DNA of 64,000 nt from Eledone cirrhosa (lineage: Eukaryota). Each line of letters begins with the position of its first letter. Within the stretch, counting starts at the first letter, position 1. The stretch lies in assembly GCA_964016885.1 (NCBI GenBank), contig OZ024740.1:370884001-370948000 (forward strand), read 5' to 3'. A program made the translations under genes and the position numbers. The notes under the pieces are model-generated. The model saw only the letters and a list, made by a program, of their open reading frames with translations, ran no database searches and was not told the DNA's origin. Of the stretch, positions 13,561 through 25,840 are shown piece after piece.

Positions 13561-13902
13561 ATACATACATACATACATACATACATACATACATACATAC
13601 ATACATACATACATACATACATACATACATACATACATACATACATACACACATGCGAGTGTGAGTGTTTGAGTGTCTGAGTGAGTGGGTGTCTGTGTGT
13701 ATATATATTTATTTGTGTCTTTGTCTACACCTTTAAATATCTCTGTGGAAAGTCAAGAGAGTTAAGTACGATGGAGGAAGAGATAGAAATTAATGTAGAG
13801 TAGTTTTATCTTTCATTTCTCTTCCAACATAAATTTCAAGCATTATAACTATCAGAAATGATCTATTTAATTTTCGTTTCGTTTGAATTACTTTAAACTC
13901 TA

Positions 13903-13981
13903 CAGGGTGTCCCCAAAAAATGTATACACATATTTATTAGAATGCTGTTGAAGTGTGTATACATTTTGAGGGGACACTCTG
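13903..13981. mobile_element. 79-bp Tc1/mariner-type MITE
   Basis: TA|CAGGGTGTCCCCAAAAAATGTATACACA ... TGTGTATACATTTTGAGGGGACACTCTG|TA: ~28-bp imperfect TIRs and TA TSD. Confidence 0.8.
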
Positions 13982-14379
13982 TATTTGCTGCTTCTGATAC
14001 CTCTTGGCGTTATGTATTATTACTTTGAAATTTATATTATGATGTATTTTATATCATACTTCAACCACCATACTATCCGCTAAAAGTGCTCAAAAGTTTC
14101 ATAAATGTTGCGAAAAATGGAAATAGATTTTTTAATTTCTGTCGCCAATTAGTAATTTGTAAAAATGTAGATTAATTTTCTGGAGTTGTTACGATGTCCA
14201 ATTCGTAATTTCCTCTTCACAATACTACAGAAAAAAAAATCATTTTAGATTCAAAACGACCCACGGATAAAATAAAACATGCATAGATTTAAAATACGTT
14301 CTTGTCTGGAATATAGAGGATACCAGTTCTAGCTCCGAGAGTTACAGCCAACTGCAAGTGCCTTCCGATATTTCTCTAG

Positions 14380-17300
14380 GTAGAGACCAGAATCTCCGAG
14401 GCACGGGCCTTCGCACCGATCTTCGGCGGCTACGATGTGTACGCATCTCCCAGCCGTCCGGGATCGGGGGGAGGAGTTTCTGTGCTTTTTCGGAGAGGTT
14501 TGGATCTCGCCATACAGGCCATCTTCCTGGACCCAGAAGGTAAGTTGCTGGTGCTGGACGTGACCAGCGGAGACGGCAAGCTTTCAGGCTAGTGGCCGTC
14601 TATGGCCCGACAGGAGCAGGGCGGCTTGATTTCTTCCGGCGTCTGGAGACCTTTCTTGGAACGTCCCGCTCTTTAGTGTTAGTGGGCAACTGGAACGGGA
14701 TCTTTGATGCACGCTGGGATTGTGTGGGATTAGCGGATAGGGGAGGAGGGTACAAGAGCCTCACCAACCTGCTCAGGCGTTTTGAACAGTCTGACAGGTA
14801 CCGATTGAATTTCCCGAATGTGCCAATGTGGACTTGGACAAATTTCATCGGGTCATCCAGATCATATCTAGATAGAGTATTTTGTAGGGAAATAGATAGG
14901 TCTAGCATAGGCTGTCCACAATTCAAGATAGTCAGCTACACGGACCACAAATTCCTGATCTGTGTGGTTGACTTAGATAGGCTTCATAGACAAGGACCCG
15001 GCTACTGGAAGCTAAACGCGTCATTACCAGCGCGCAAGGCCTACAGAGACCGGATTAGCGAACTAGTTAAGCGGGCGTTGACGGGAGCCATCATCAACAA
15101 CAAGTAGTGGTTTGCTCTGAAAAGAGTGATTAGAACAGAGTCCATAAGGTTTAGCAAGGCTTTAGTAATAGAGAAAAATAGAGCAGAGGGAGAACTAGTT
15201 AGAAAATTAGACGAGGCGCTTGGCAAAGGCATCGCGGCCGACGTACTTACGGCGAAATTGACCCTTGACCAATTCTTCAATGCAAAGCACGAAGGCTGCG
15301 TTGTCAGAGCTAGGGTGCGTGCTCTCAGACACGAGGGGACGAAAGCCGTTCAATGGGCCCGAGTGGCGGAGGCGCGTCGCTTTGGTGGACCACGACGGGC
15401 GCATGCTACTCGATCCCGGGCAAATGTGTGAAGCTTTTCAGTGACACTTCGCTCAGCTGTTCGGGGGTAGCGGTGGTCCGGGTCGAGGGATGGACTTTAG
15501 TGTCTACCTCGACGGACTGCCGCGGATTTCGGCCACTGAGGCGGAGTGTTGCGAAAAGCCGATAACAGCCGCTGAAGTACGGGAAGCAATGACTGGCTGC
15601 ACAAGGGGTAAATCGCCTGGTTTGGATGGTCTGCCCTATGAACTTTACGTACAGATGCCAGACTTGTTAGGAGGCCTCTTGGCGGACGTCTACTGCAACT
15701 GGCAACAGAACGGGAGAATTCCCAGCTCTGTGAGCCGAGGAACTGTGGCGCTGGTGAGAAAGGATCCGAACAAGGGGGATAACATAGATAATTTCAGGCC
15801 CATAGCTCTGCTAAACACAGAGTTCAAGATTTTGGCCAAGGTGCTAGCAAAGAGGTTGGCACTTGTCGTTTGTGGTCTGGTGGGAGAGACGCAGACATGC
15901 GTCATTCCCAACAGATCCATCCACGACAACCTCCACCTCATGCGATACATCGTAGAGAGGGTAGCTAGGGAACCTGGCACGGGTGGGTCTTTGATCAATT
16001 TAGATCAGTCGAAAGCTTTCGATAAGGTCGACCATCGTTACCTAGCGGCAGTCCTGAGGGCGGCTGGCTTTGGGCCCGTCTTCAGAGGCTGGATCGCTGC
16101 TATGCACAGCGACATCTGCTCTGTGGTGAGAGTGAACGGTTACCTTTCGGAACCGTTCAACATCATGCGCTTGGTCCGCCAAGATGTCCCCTCTCGTCCC
16201 TCTTGTACGTATTGACTCTCGAGCCATTACTGCACAAACTGGAGACGTTGAGGGGCGTCCCGCGCGAACTAGGATGCGGAAGATCCGTGTCAGTATATGC
16301 GGACGATGTCACCGTAGTGGTGTCGAACGCCAAACACATCGAGGCGATCGGCACTACACTAAGAGAATACGAAGCGGTGACAGGAGCAATGATCAACCAG
16401 GAAAAGTCAGTGAGCCTGCAGCTCGGCACCTGGAGAGGCAGGTCCATGCCGTCCAACAGCGTCATCGGACGCTGGACGGACGGACCGGTTAAATTGCTAG
16501 GGGTCTGGTTCGGTCCGGACCTCTAGACGGACAAAAACTGGGACGAGGTGACGAGCAGGGTGGCTGCTCTCACCCAGAAATGGGCGGAGAGGAAGCTATC
16601 CCTGAAAGGTCGAGCGGAGGTGGATAACGCGTACATCGCGTCCGTCATCTAATACCGTCTGACCGTGTACCTTGTCCTAAGCCCCGCCTGACTGCGCTGG
16701 AGCGTTTGCTCTTTCGCTTTTTGTGGAAGGGACGCGCTCCGATGGTCAGGCGGTCCATCTGCTGTCAACACCAGCTACGTGGAGGGCTGGGCATGCCGTG
16801 GCTGATGATGCGCAGACACGCGCTCAGGCTACAACATCTCCACCTCTTCCTCGACGGTGATCAGGTGTGGTCGCCGTTTGCTAGACACGTCTTTCCCCAG
16901 CTCGTCTCCTTGACGGAGCTGCAATCCTGGGTCAAGCGAAGACCGAAAGGGAGCGCTTGGAGACTGGAATGTTTTCAGGCGCTCACAGCCCTCGACCAAT
17001 CGGGCAATGTGATCGGTGGAAACTCCACCTTGGCGTTCTATAGAGGATTAGTGGAGGGGAAGAGCGACGACGTACTTGGAGAAACTCTAGGCGTCGACGA
17101 AAATCAACTAGCCATTCTCTTCGGAAGGACTTTCGAGCCGGGGCCTATGGACAACTTCCAGAAATCCCTGGCCTAGCAGTGCTACTGGGGAGCTTTGCCA
17201 GTTCGGGATAAACTCTACAGGCATGGAGTTGCCGTCAAACGGGCATGTCCGAGATGCGCGCAGACGACGAAACCGTCCTGCACGCACTCGTCCAGTGTCC

Positions 17301-17904
17301 GAGCATTGCTGACTTGTGGGTTTATGTCGAACACCTGCTGTCACGTGTAGGACGGATCCAGCTATCAGCTGAGTCCATCGTGAGGATTGCCCCGCCCTCT
17401 TCCTTTCGCCGGGAAGAGCAGGCAGTTTTTAATCTGTCTGGTGGCCATGGCGAAAGAGATAGTATGGTGGACACGTTTGAAAGGGCTGAAGACGAGCACT
17501 TACCTCTTCGGTGATGCCCTGATTAACTTTTTCAAATTTCATTTGAAAAGGAAAATCAGGGTAGAGAGGGAAGTGCTCTCTTCCCAGCATTTTGTTGAAA
17601 GATGGGTGAGAGAAGCAAGTATGGCCCGAATGAATGGGCCTTCTCTGAGTATGTGTCTGTAAATTAAAGGTGGAAAACTGGGAGAGGGCACTTGCCCTGG
17701 TGGTCAGGGTCACTGTGGTCTTTTAATGGGCTTTCTCCACAAATGTCCCTCGGAAGTCTCCCCCCTATTGGGGAATCTTTCTTTGTTATTTTATTACATC
17801 CTCTGTTTTTTTTACACGCAGAAATGCCCATTTGTACCGTCCTGCATTGTCCTGCACTGTCCTTAATGTCTACTTTATGTAAACCCTTGTGGTTAATAAA
17901 GAAA

Positions 17905-17906
<2 letters not shown>
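14380..17906 (+). mobile_element. Tx1-clade LINE, 5'-truncated, ORF2 pseudogene (APE, RT, CCHC) with 3'UTR
   Basis: AVYGP, SYLDRVF, YTDH, GPGYWKLN, KSPGLDGLP, LDQSKAFD, YADDVT and CPRC..ETVLHALVQC motifs, with several stops and frameshifts. (ATT)n tail at 17907-17951. Confidence 0.92.
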
Positions 17907-17955
<49 letters not shown>

Positions 17956-17956
<1 letters not shown>

Positions 17957-18575
17957 GGCATTGAGGGAAGTGGATTGGCAGTATCGGTAGAGCGTCAGAC
18001 ATCATGCTTTCAGCATAGAGTTACGCCCTTTTATGATCTGAGTTCAAATCCTGCCGAGGTTAGCGTTGCCTTTCATCCTTATGGGTCGACAACATAAAGT
18101 GCCAGTAATGTACTGCAGTCCATTTAATCGACTTTCCCCGCCCACAAAATTGCTGGCCTTGTGCTTATAGTAGAAATCATTATTATATAGGCGGTGAGGG
18201 AGTTGGCTGGGCAGTATAGGTAGAGCGTCAGACACAATGCTTTCAGCATAGAGTTATGGTCCTTTACGGTCTGAGTTCAAATCCCACCGAGGTTTACTTT
18301 GCCTTTCATCCTTACGGGGTCGATAAAATAAAGCACCAGTAATGCACTGGGGTATTTGCTGGCCTTGTGCCAAAAGTAGAAACAATAATTATGAAAAGGG
18401 CGGTGGTTCATCAATATCGGTAGGGCGTTCTGATTTCGAGGTTAGCTTTGTCTTTCATCCTCACAGGGTCGATAAAATAAATTACCAGTAACGCACTGGC
18501 GTCGATTTAATTGACTTTTCTCTCCCCCAAAATTGCTGGCCTTGTGCCTAAAATAGAAACTATTGTTATTATTAT
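17956..18575 (+). mobile_element. Head-to-tail trimer of SINE family 1
   Basis: Three consecutive copies, each beginning after an ATTATT(ATATA) tail. Confidence 0.85.
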
Positions 18576-19589
18576 GAAAATATCTTATATAGACACATAA
18601 AGACAAATTCGAGGAGGGGGAATACAATCGATTAAATTGACGTCAATACTTTTTTTATTAACCCCAAAATGGTTGGAATCAGAGTTAGTTCCAGTGGAAT
18701 TTTAAACTCAAATGGTAAATTACCATGACTGAAAACTAAGTCATTTAATCCCTATTCTACTGCTTCTGCCAATAACAATTTGTGTTCGTTTTACTTTCAA
18801 TATTCAAAAACTATTTGATTTCCTTTCTATGCTGTAGCTCACGGTGGTCTGTTCTTGGCTGGTTCCTGTATCATATCAGTTTTTTCTATGAGAAAAGGTG
18901 GCTAACCTCTCATTAAACCCTCCTTTATTTCTAAGGAGAGGGGCGCTATATGTGGCCCCCAACGGCACTTCTGATGGTGCAATGAAGCCGATTCCAAAAG
19001 AGAGAGAGAAAAGTCCCCCTAATACTTGACTGGTAATTTATCTATCAACTCCAAAGTGGTGAAAAGTAAACTTCACCTCGGTGATGTTTGAAGTTGAACC
19101 GCAGAGAACTGGAACGAGTATCGACGAGTTCTCTCTGACGCTCAAACGACTCTTACAATATATCGCCTTGAATAAGTATGCTACGGGAGTATAATCAAAG
19201 GTTTATATAAATTTATGGCAAGAAGAACTGCAACAATATATATCCAAAAAATAAGTGCAATGATAGTTGTTCTAAAAATATAAAAAATACTTTTAAAATT
19301 AGTTCAAGTGGAAATATCCGATTGTTATTTGAAGTGGTTACTATGAATTCTAGAAAGTCTCAAGCAGAAATGAAAAGAAAAAGCTTGTTGTTTTGATTAT
19401 TAACATAGTTGCATCTTTATTGAAGCATTATGTGATTAAAAAAATACACATTCTAATTATTTTTAAAGATACTGTTGACTCTGCAAATATTGAATTGGTA
19501 AAAAATAAAAACAACATAGAATCGATTACATTTCCTTTGGTTTTGTGCAGAAACTATTTCTGGGTCGATAAAATAAGTAGCAGTGATAT

Positions 19590-19766
19590 AATTGTTTCTA
19601 ATTTTGGCACAAGGCCAGCAATTCCCAGTACATTGCTGGTACTTTATTTTATCGACCCCGTAAGGATGAAAGACAAAGTTAACCTCCACGGGATTTGAAC
19701 TCAGACCGTAAAGGGACGTAACTATGCTGGAAAGCATGGCGTCCAACCCTCTACCGATACTGCCAA
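19590..19766 (-). mobile_element. SINE family 1
   Basis: Reverse-complement consensus. Confidence 0.85.
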
Positions 19767-19857
19767 TTATAATGAAGTCAATTTGGTTGACTACGTTTCC
19801 TCCATTGAAGAAGTCTGGTATTTTCCCGATTGAGGCAGTTTCACTTCATTTCACTTA

Positions 19858-20190
19858 CTATAGGGTCCCAAATAATAGGGGTGGGTGGAATAAGCGGGAT
19901 GAAGGGGCAAGATATTTGCTTAAATTCTTATAAGTTGTAAGCGCAAAGGGCGGGTGAAATAAACGGTGGGGTTGGGAAAACTGTAATTGTATAGTGTACG
20001 TTCGTAAATATGGGATTTCTTGTAATGTTCTTTTTTTTTGTCGTATATAATGTTTTTTTAATGTAAAATAAAATTATTAGATTCTCCAACTGCTGTATCA
20101 ATATGAATCACTTAAAAAAAATTTCACCGGAGATATATTGGAAAAAAATTAATAAGTGGTGGGGGGGGGGCATTATTCAGGACCTGAGAG
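19858..20190. mobile_element. MITE with TA target duplication
   Basis: TA|CTATAGGGTCCCAAATAAT ... ATTATTCAGGACCTGAGAG|TA imperfect TIRs, with internal AATAAG(C/T)GG subrepeats. Confidence 0.6.
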
Positions 20191-20326
20191 TACACATTTT
20201 TGGTGAAAAAAGACACGACTGTATTATTTTTCATCACCTACTTCTATGGATTATTGGCCTTATACAAAAGTAATAAAACATTTTTCTTCTTCCTTTCTCA
20301 TTTCGTTTTGGACTACAAAAGCAAAT

Positions 20327-20472
20327 AATAATTGTTTCTGCTTTTGTCACAAGGCCAGCAATTATCCTAGTGTATTACTGGTACTTTATTTTATCGATCC
20401 TGTAAGGATGAAAGGCAAAGTTAACCTCGGCGGGATTTGAATTCAGACCATAAAGGAGCGTAACTCTTTGCT
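20327..20472 (-). mobile_element. SINE family 1, truncated
   Basis: Reverse-complement consensus. Confidence 0.8.
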
Positions 20473-20651
20473 TCAAATAATAATAATGAAAAGTTTTTAG
20501 TTTTGTGGATTTAGTTTCTTAATTAATTTATTACTGTAGCATACATACTCACACATATACAACATACTTTTAAAAAATATATAAAATTAGAGAATTAAAA
20601 TCTAGAAAAAACAGTCTTAATGATAGATATATGTGTGTGATGTGTGTGGAT

Positions 20652-20693
<42 letters not shown>

Positions 20694-20734
20694 TATCGGA
20701 GAAAGCTTTTAGCGATACCCCGACCAAATTGTGA

Positions 20735-20796
20735 GCATCGGTTGTTCAGTGGTAGAATGCTCGCCTGCCACGCGGGCGGCCCGGGTTCGATTCTCG
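20735..20796 (+). pseudogene. tRNA-Gly(GCC) pseudogene lacking the 3' acceptor strand
   Basis: GCATCGGTTGTTCAGTGGTAGAATGCTCGCCTGCCACGCGGGCGGCCCGGGTTCGATTCTCG: D arm, GCC anticodon and T arm are present. The expected CCGATGCA end is missing. Confidence 0.85.
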
Positions 20797-20807
20797 ATTC
20801 TCTTTAC

Positions 20808-20845
<38 letters not shown>

Positions 20846-20867
20846 CTGTATATATATATATATAAAA

Positions 20868-21056
20868 TAATTGTTTCTATTTTAGGCACAAGGCCAGCAA
20901 TTACCCAGTGCATTACTGGTACTTTATTTTATCGACCCCGTAAGGATGAAAGCAAAGTCAACCTCTGCGGGATTTGAACTCAGATCGTAAAGGGACGTAA
21001 CTATGCTGGAAAGCATGGCGTCCGACTCTCTACCGATACTGCCAATCCACCGCCCT
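20868..21056 (-). mobile_element. SINE family 1, full length
   Basis: Reverse-complement consensus. Confidence 0.88.
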
Positions 21057-21122
21057 CATATATATATAAAATAATAAGTGTAAGTCAAACATCTTAAAGT
21101 TAGCTTCGTTTATTCCAATTCG

Positions 21123-21175
21123 CTGCTATACGTATTTCAGTGACAACCATTATTGGCTGTGACCTCATCAGGCAG
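21123..21175 (-). ncRNA. Type I hammerhead ribozyme motif (minimal, palindromic stem III)
   Basis: ctgc-CTGATGA-ggtcacagcc/ggttgtcact-GAAA-tacgta-TA-gcag: stems I and II pair and the core is canonical. Confidence 0.8.
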
Positions 21176-21430
21176 TAAGAATTAAGGCAGAAAAAATAGG
21201 AAAACATAATGTTGTTTGGGTTCTACTCTGTTAATTCATCGATATGTCCAGCTCCTGGATGTGTTGTTAGTCCTCAAAGGAACTGGAATCATATCGATGA
21301 ATTAACAGGGTAGAACCGATTACAACATCCTTCATCAGAAGAAAGAATGAGAAATTAGAAAGATTGAAGGGGCGGGCGGGGTGGAATTGGAAAAAATGTT
21401 TTTAGAGAAAAATAACAGGTCCATTAATCT

Positions 21431-21499
<69 letters not shown>

Positions 21500-21803
21500 T
21501 TAAGGATACTATTTATGGTTATGTATATACTAAAACTTTTTATAGTTATATATATTTTAAACCCTAAACAGTGAAGGACAGTAATTTATTACTACCTTAT
21601 TACCAGTAAGATAAATACCTCAATGTAATAACATCAGTTGTTTTACAGAGCAGTTATATAGAAATTACATGAATCAAAGTTCTGTTCAAACCATTTATTA
21701 GCTTACAATTGTTTCGTCCAAACCGAGGTTTGGAGTCTTCGGACCAATTTTTCAATGATCGTTTACATACATGACCTCCTTTCCAACACAAGAGACATAC
21801 AGA

Positions 21804-21848
<45 letters not shown>

Positions 21849-22364
21849 ATGCACAGTGGGGTGACATCCATTATAATATTTTAGCATGGCAATTTACATT
21901 CAAAAATTAAAATCATATTAAAAGAAAATGAAAACAAAATTAAAGTTAAAATACAAGATCGGCAGTTTACGAAGATAATGCAAGAGGATAGTTTGAAGTA
22001 GTTAGTGTATGCAATAGTTACACGTGGGGCATGCACGTGTGTCTTACTTATATAAGATTATTGTGCGGCAAGGTGTTATATGCAATACAAGCACTTTAAG
22101 CGGGCAATCAAGAGTATTATGGGGGTTGTATTGGTAAAGTATTTTTTATGTATGATAAAGAAGCTTGTGTGCAGAGAAATATTAAAAATGAGAAGCAAAA
22201 TAATCTTATGGTTTTCGTATACACCACCATTTTCACAATCCAGGAAACGTAATATATAGATTATATGTCCTTCACATAATCAACGATGTGCATCGATATA
22301 TACATATGTTTCTGTATGTCTCTTGTGTTGGAAAGGGGGTCATGTATGTAAACAATCATTGAAA

Positions 22365-22417
22365 AATTGTTCCGAAGAATCCAAACTTCGGTTTGGACGA
22401 AACAATTGTAAGCTAAT
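22365..22417 (+). ncRNA. Degenerate hammerhead motif (CCGAAGA core); inverted copy near 21703-21755
   Basis: CCGAAGA-atccaaac-TTCG-gtttggac-GAAA-caattg-TA: stem II with UUCG loop and palindromic stem III. Stem I is poor. Confidence 0.55.
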
Positions 22418-22451
22418 AAATGGTTTGAACAGAACTTTGATTCATGTAACT

Positions 22452-22505
<54 letters not shown>

Positions 22506-22674
22506 AACAAGTAAGACCCCGACGGCTGAGCTCAAGCCGTTTCGAATTAGTCGTCGAAACGGCTTGAGCTCAGCCGTCGGGGTCTTACTTGTTCCTATTA
22601 CCCACTCTACTACCCTAAGTATTGGGTACTTTGGTGCGTTATGGTCCACTTGGTTCCTTACCACATTTCCTTCG

Positions 22675-22735
<61 letters not shown>

Positions 22736-23114
22736 AGATTAATGGACCTGTTATTTTTCTCTAAAAACATTTTTTCAAATTCCACCCGGCCCGCCCCTTC
22801 AATCTTTCTAATTTCTCATTTTTTCTTCTGATGAAGGATGTTGTAATCGGTTCTACCCTGTTAATTCATCGATATGATTCCAGTTCCTTTGAGGACAAAC
22901 AACACATCCAGGAGCTGGACATATCGATGAAGTAACAGAGTAGAACCCAAACAACATTATGTTTTCCTATTTTTTCTGCATTAATTCTTACTGCCTGATG
23001 AGGTCACAGCCAATATATATATATATATATACGTTATTCCGGGTTGAATCGGAGGTAACCACAGTAAGTAAGGTACTCAATAAATTGCAGAGTATAAAAG
23101 TTATAATATAGATG

Positions 23115-23163
23115 AGATTCTACAGGACTAGAACTGTTTCATTCTTTAGAAATCATCAGGAAT

Positions 23164-23165
<2 letters not shown>
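23115..23165 (-). ncRNA. Type I hammerhead ribozyme motif
   Basis: agattc-CTGATGA-tttctaaagaat-GAAA-cag(ttctagtc)ctg-TA-gaatct: 6-bp stem I and GUA cleavage triplet. Confidence 0.8.
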
Positions 23166-23210
<45 letters not shown>

Positions 23211-23212
<2 letters not shown>

Positions 23213-23548
23213 TCATCATCACCGTTTTACGTCCGTTCTTCCACGCTAGCATGGGTTAGACGGGTTGTCCTGTTGTGGGCAGTGTCTGGTCGGCTGACCA
23301 TGCCTTGCTCATACAGGAACTGATTTGGCTTAATTTCTACAGCTGGATGCCTTTCCTAACACCAACCTCATTTACAGTGAGTGGTGGGTGCTTTTTCGTG
23401 GCGCCTACACGTCCACTTTTCAGTGTGGGCTGGGTGCTTTTTTGCCGTGGCACCTCCACGACCACCTTGCAGTGGGGGGGGGGGGCATATTGTCTATATG
23501 CTTCAGCTTGTACCCATGGGAGGTCGGGTACTCTGTATTACTGCGTGA
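23211..23548 (-). mobile_element. Retroelement 3' fragment with (GAT)n tail, RTE-related (tentative)
   Basis: CATCATCATC tract followed by ...ACGTCCG..TTCCACGCTAGCATGGGT...CAGCTGGATGCC, resembling RTE-type 3' ends. Confidence 0.45.
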
Positions 23549-23549
23549 C

Positions 23550-23586
<37 letters not shown>

Positions 23587-23629
23587 AGATTAATGGACCT
23601 GTTATTTTTCTCTAAAAACATTTTTTCCA

Positions 23630-23684
<55 letters not shown>

Positions 23685-23965
23685 CCTAGCGCAACAGGAC
23701 TGAACAAAGTCTGATTCACCGCCTTGAGTCCTATTTCCCTCTTGGACTCAACTCACCTCCCCATTTTCTCTAATACCCCGTCCATTATCACACCGCTAGA
23801 TACCTATCGCTTTCTCTTTATCATTAGCAGCTTCTCTTACAACTAATACATGCCGATACACACCCTTATATTAACATACTTTTGCTCATAGCTTCGTATT
23901 TACATGCACACACACTCTTTTACTCACATGTACACACACATTTCTTAGCTTCGTACGGACCTATG

Positions 23966-24069
<104 letters not shown>

Positions 24070-24127
24070 ACTTGCTTACGCACGTGCTCAAGTATATGCT
24101 CAAGTATATGCTCAAGTAGATGCTCAA

Positions 24128-24420
24128 GTATAGCTCTTTTTACAGATCTGGGGTGATTAGAGTTAAAATTAACATAATTCAAGTTCTCATTTAGTTTGTG
24201 AAATGGATAATGAAGACATGTGTTGAGATTTAGTGTTACGTCAAGAAAATTAACTATTTTATGGTTATTCTCTATTTCTACTTTTAGATTATGGTAATTA
24301 AAAAATTGTATAATTTGTTTTCTTTTCCTATTTAGTTCACAGCTATTATTTTGTATAAGTAAAAGCATGTCATCACGATATAAACCTCCGGTTACACCTG
24401 GTATTTTTCTATGTAGCGAA
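24128..24420 (-). pseudogene. Penelope-like element reverse transcriptase fragment (RT5-thumb)
   Basis: GGLYRDDMLL...VNFLDVTLNL...YVNFNSNHPRSVKRAI. Confidence 0.88.
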
Positions 24421-24513
24421 TTAATTATAAGCAGTGATTAAGAGAAATCGTCTGCGCTCTATATGTCTATATTGTTGACTTGAGTAAATATAATTTCTAT
24501 TTTCAGGACGTGC

Positions 24514-24586
<73 letters not shown>

Positions 24587-24714
24587 AAAGTTTTATTTAA
24601 AATTGTTGGGTTACAACAAGTAAATATTTTATAACTGATATAAAGCACTCGACAAGTTTCTGGAGTAGATATACGATATTAAACAAATGGAAACTATATT
24701 TATAAAACCATATT

Positions 24715-24780
24715 TATTTCATTATACATATTTCAGGGATACCATATTAAAAAGATAGCATGCCTTCGTCAGATAAAATA
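24715..24780 (-). ncRNA. Type I hammerhead motif (inverted copy of 24892-24957)
   Basis: Reverse complement of the CTGACGA...GAAAtatgtaTA motif. Confidence 0.75.
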
Positions 24781-24891
24781 CAATATATAAACAGTTTTAT
24801 AAATAATTTTGACGTACCATAATATAAGCGACCATTAAATTAGGAGGCTGCTTTGGTAGTCAAAATTATTTATAAAACTGTTTATATATTG

Positions 24892-24957
24892 TATTTTATC
24901 TGACGAAGGCATGCCATATTTTTAATATGGTATCCCTGAAATATGTATAATGAAATA
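24892..24957 (+). ncRNA. Type I hammerhead ribozyme motif
   Basis: tattttat-CTGACGA-aggcatgccatat/atatggtatccct-GAAA-tatgta-TA-atgaaata: 8-bp stem I, long stem II. Confidence 0.8.
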
Positions 24958-25616
24958 AATATGGTTTTATAAATATAGTTTCCATTTGTTTAATATCGTA
25001 TATATATATATATATTTGTGAGTCTTTGCCTGAGATACTTCTATAGCAATGTGTACATTTTGGAGATTAAACCCAAATTTTGGTATATTGATCTCAAGGT
25101 TTAAACTAAACATATAGTCATTATTAAACAATGTTTAATTTCTCATATTATATATCTATGTCCCATTCAGGAATATTAATATTTATATTTTTATTATTCA
25201 ATTCATATGAATTGTTAACTCAACTTAACACGACATGACGTAAAGTTTTCATAATCTCCCTCTCTCTATATATAACATTTCTCTCTCTTGAGTTTTTCTA
25301 TCTGTCTGTTGACTTAATATCTCTCTGTTGCTTTCCTCTGTTTTTCTTATTTCTTCCTTTTTTCTTCTTTCTTCCTTTCCTCCTGTCTTTACTTATCTCT
25401 TTCTTGTCTTCTCCGTGCATCTCTCTCTCTCCGATACCTCTCCACGTTTTTTCTTTTTCTCCGTCTTTTTCTTTCTCTCCGTCTTTTTCTAAATGTCCTT
25501 AACAGTATGACTTATTAAAGTAATATAAACAAATCACTATCCGGATGACTTCCAAAAACAATGGTTGCATTTTAATAGGGTACGTCAAAGCTTATTTGTA
25601 AAACTGTTATATATTG

Positions 25617-25681
25617 TATTTTGTCTGATGAAGGCATACCATAATTTAATTTGGTATCCCTGAAATATGTATAATGAAATA
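25617..25681 (+). ncRNA. Type I hammerhead ribozyme motif (third copy of the same family)
   Basis: tattttgt-CTGATGA-aggcatacca/tggtatccct-GAAA-tatgta-TA-atgaaata. Confidence 0.75.
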
Positions 25682-25721
25682 AATATGGTTTTATAAATAT
25701 AGTTTCCATTTATTAATATCG

Positions 25722-25840
<119 letters not shown>

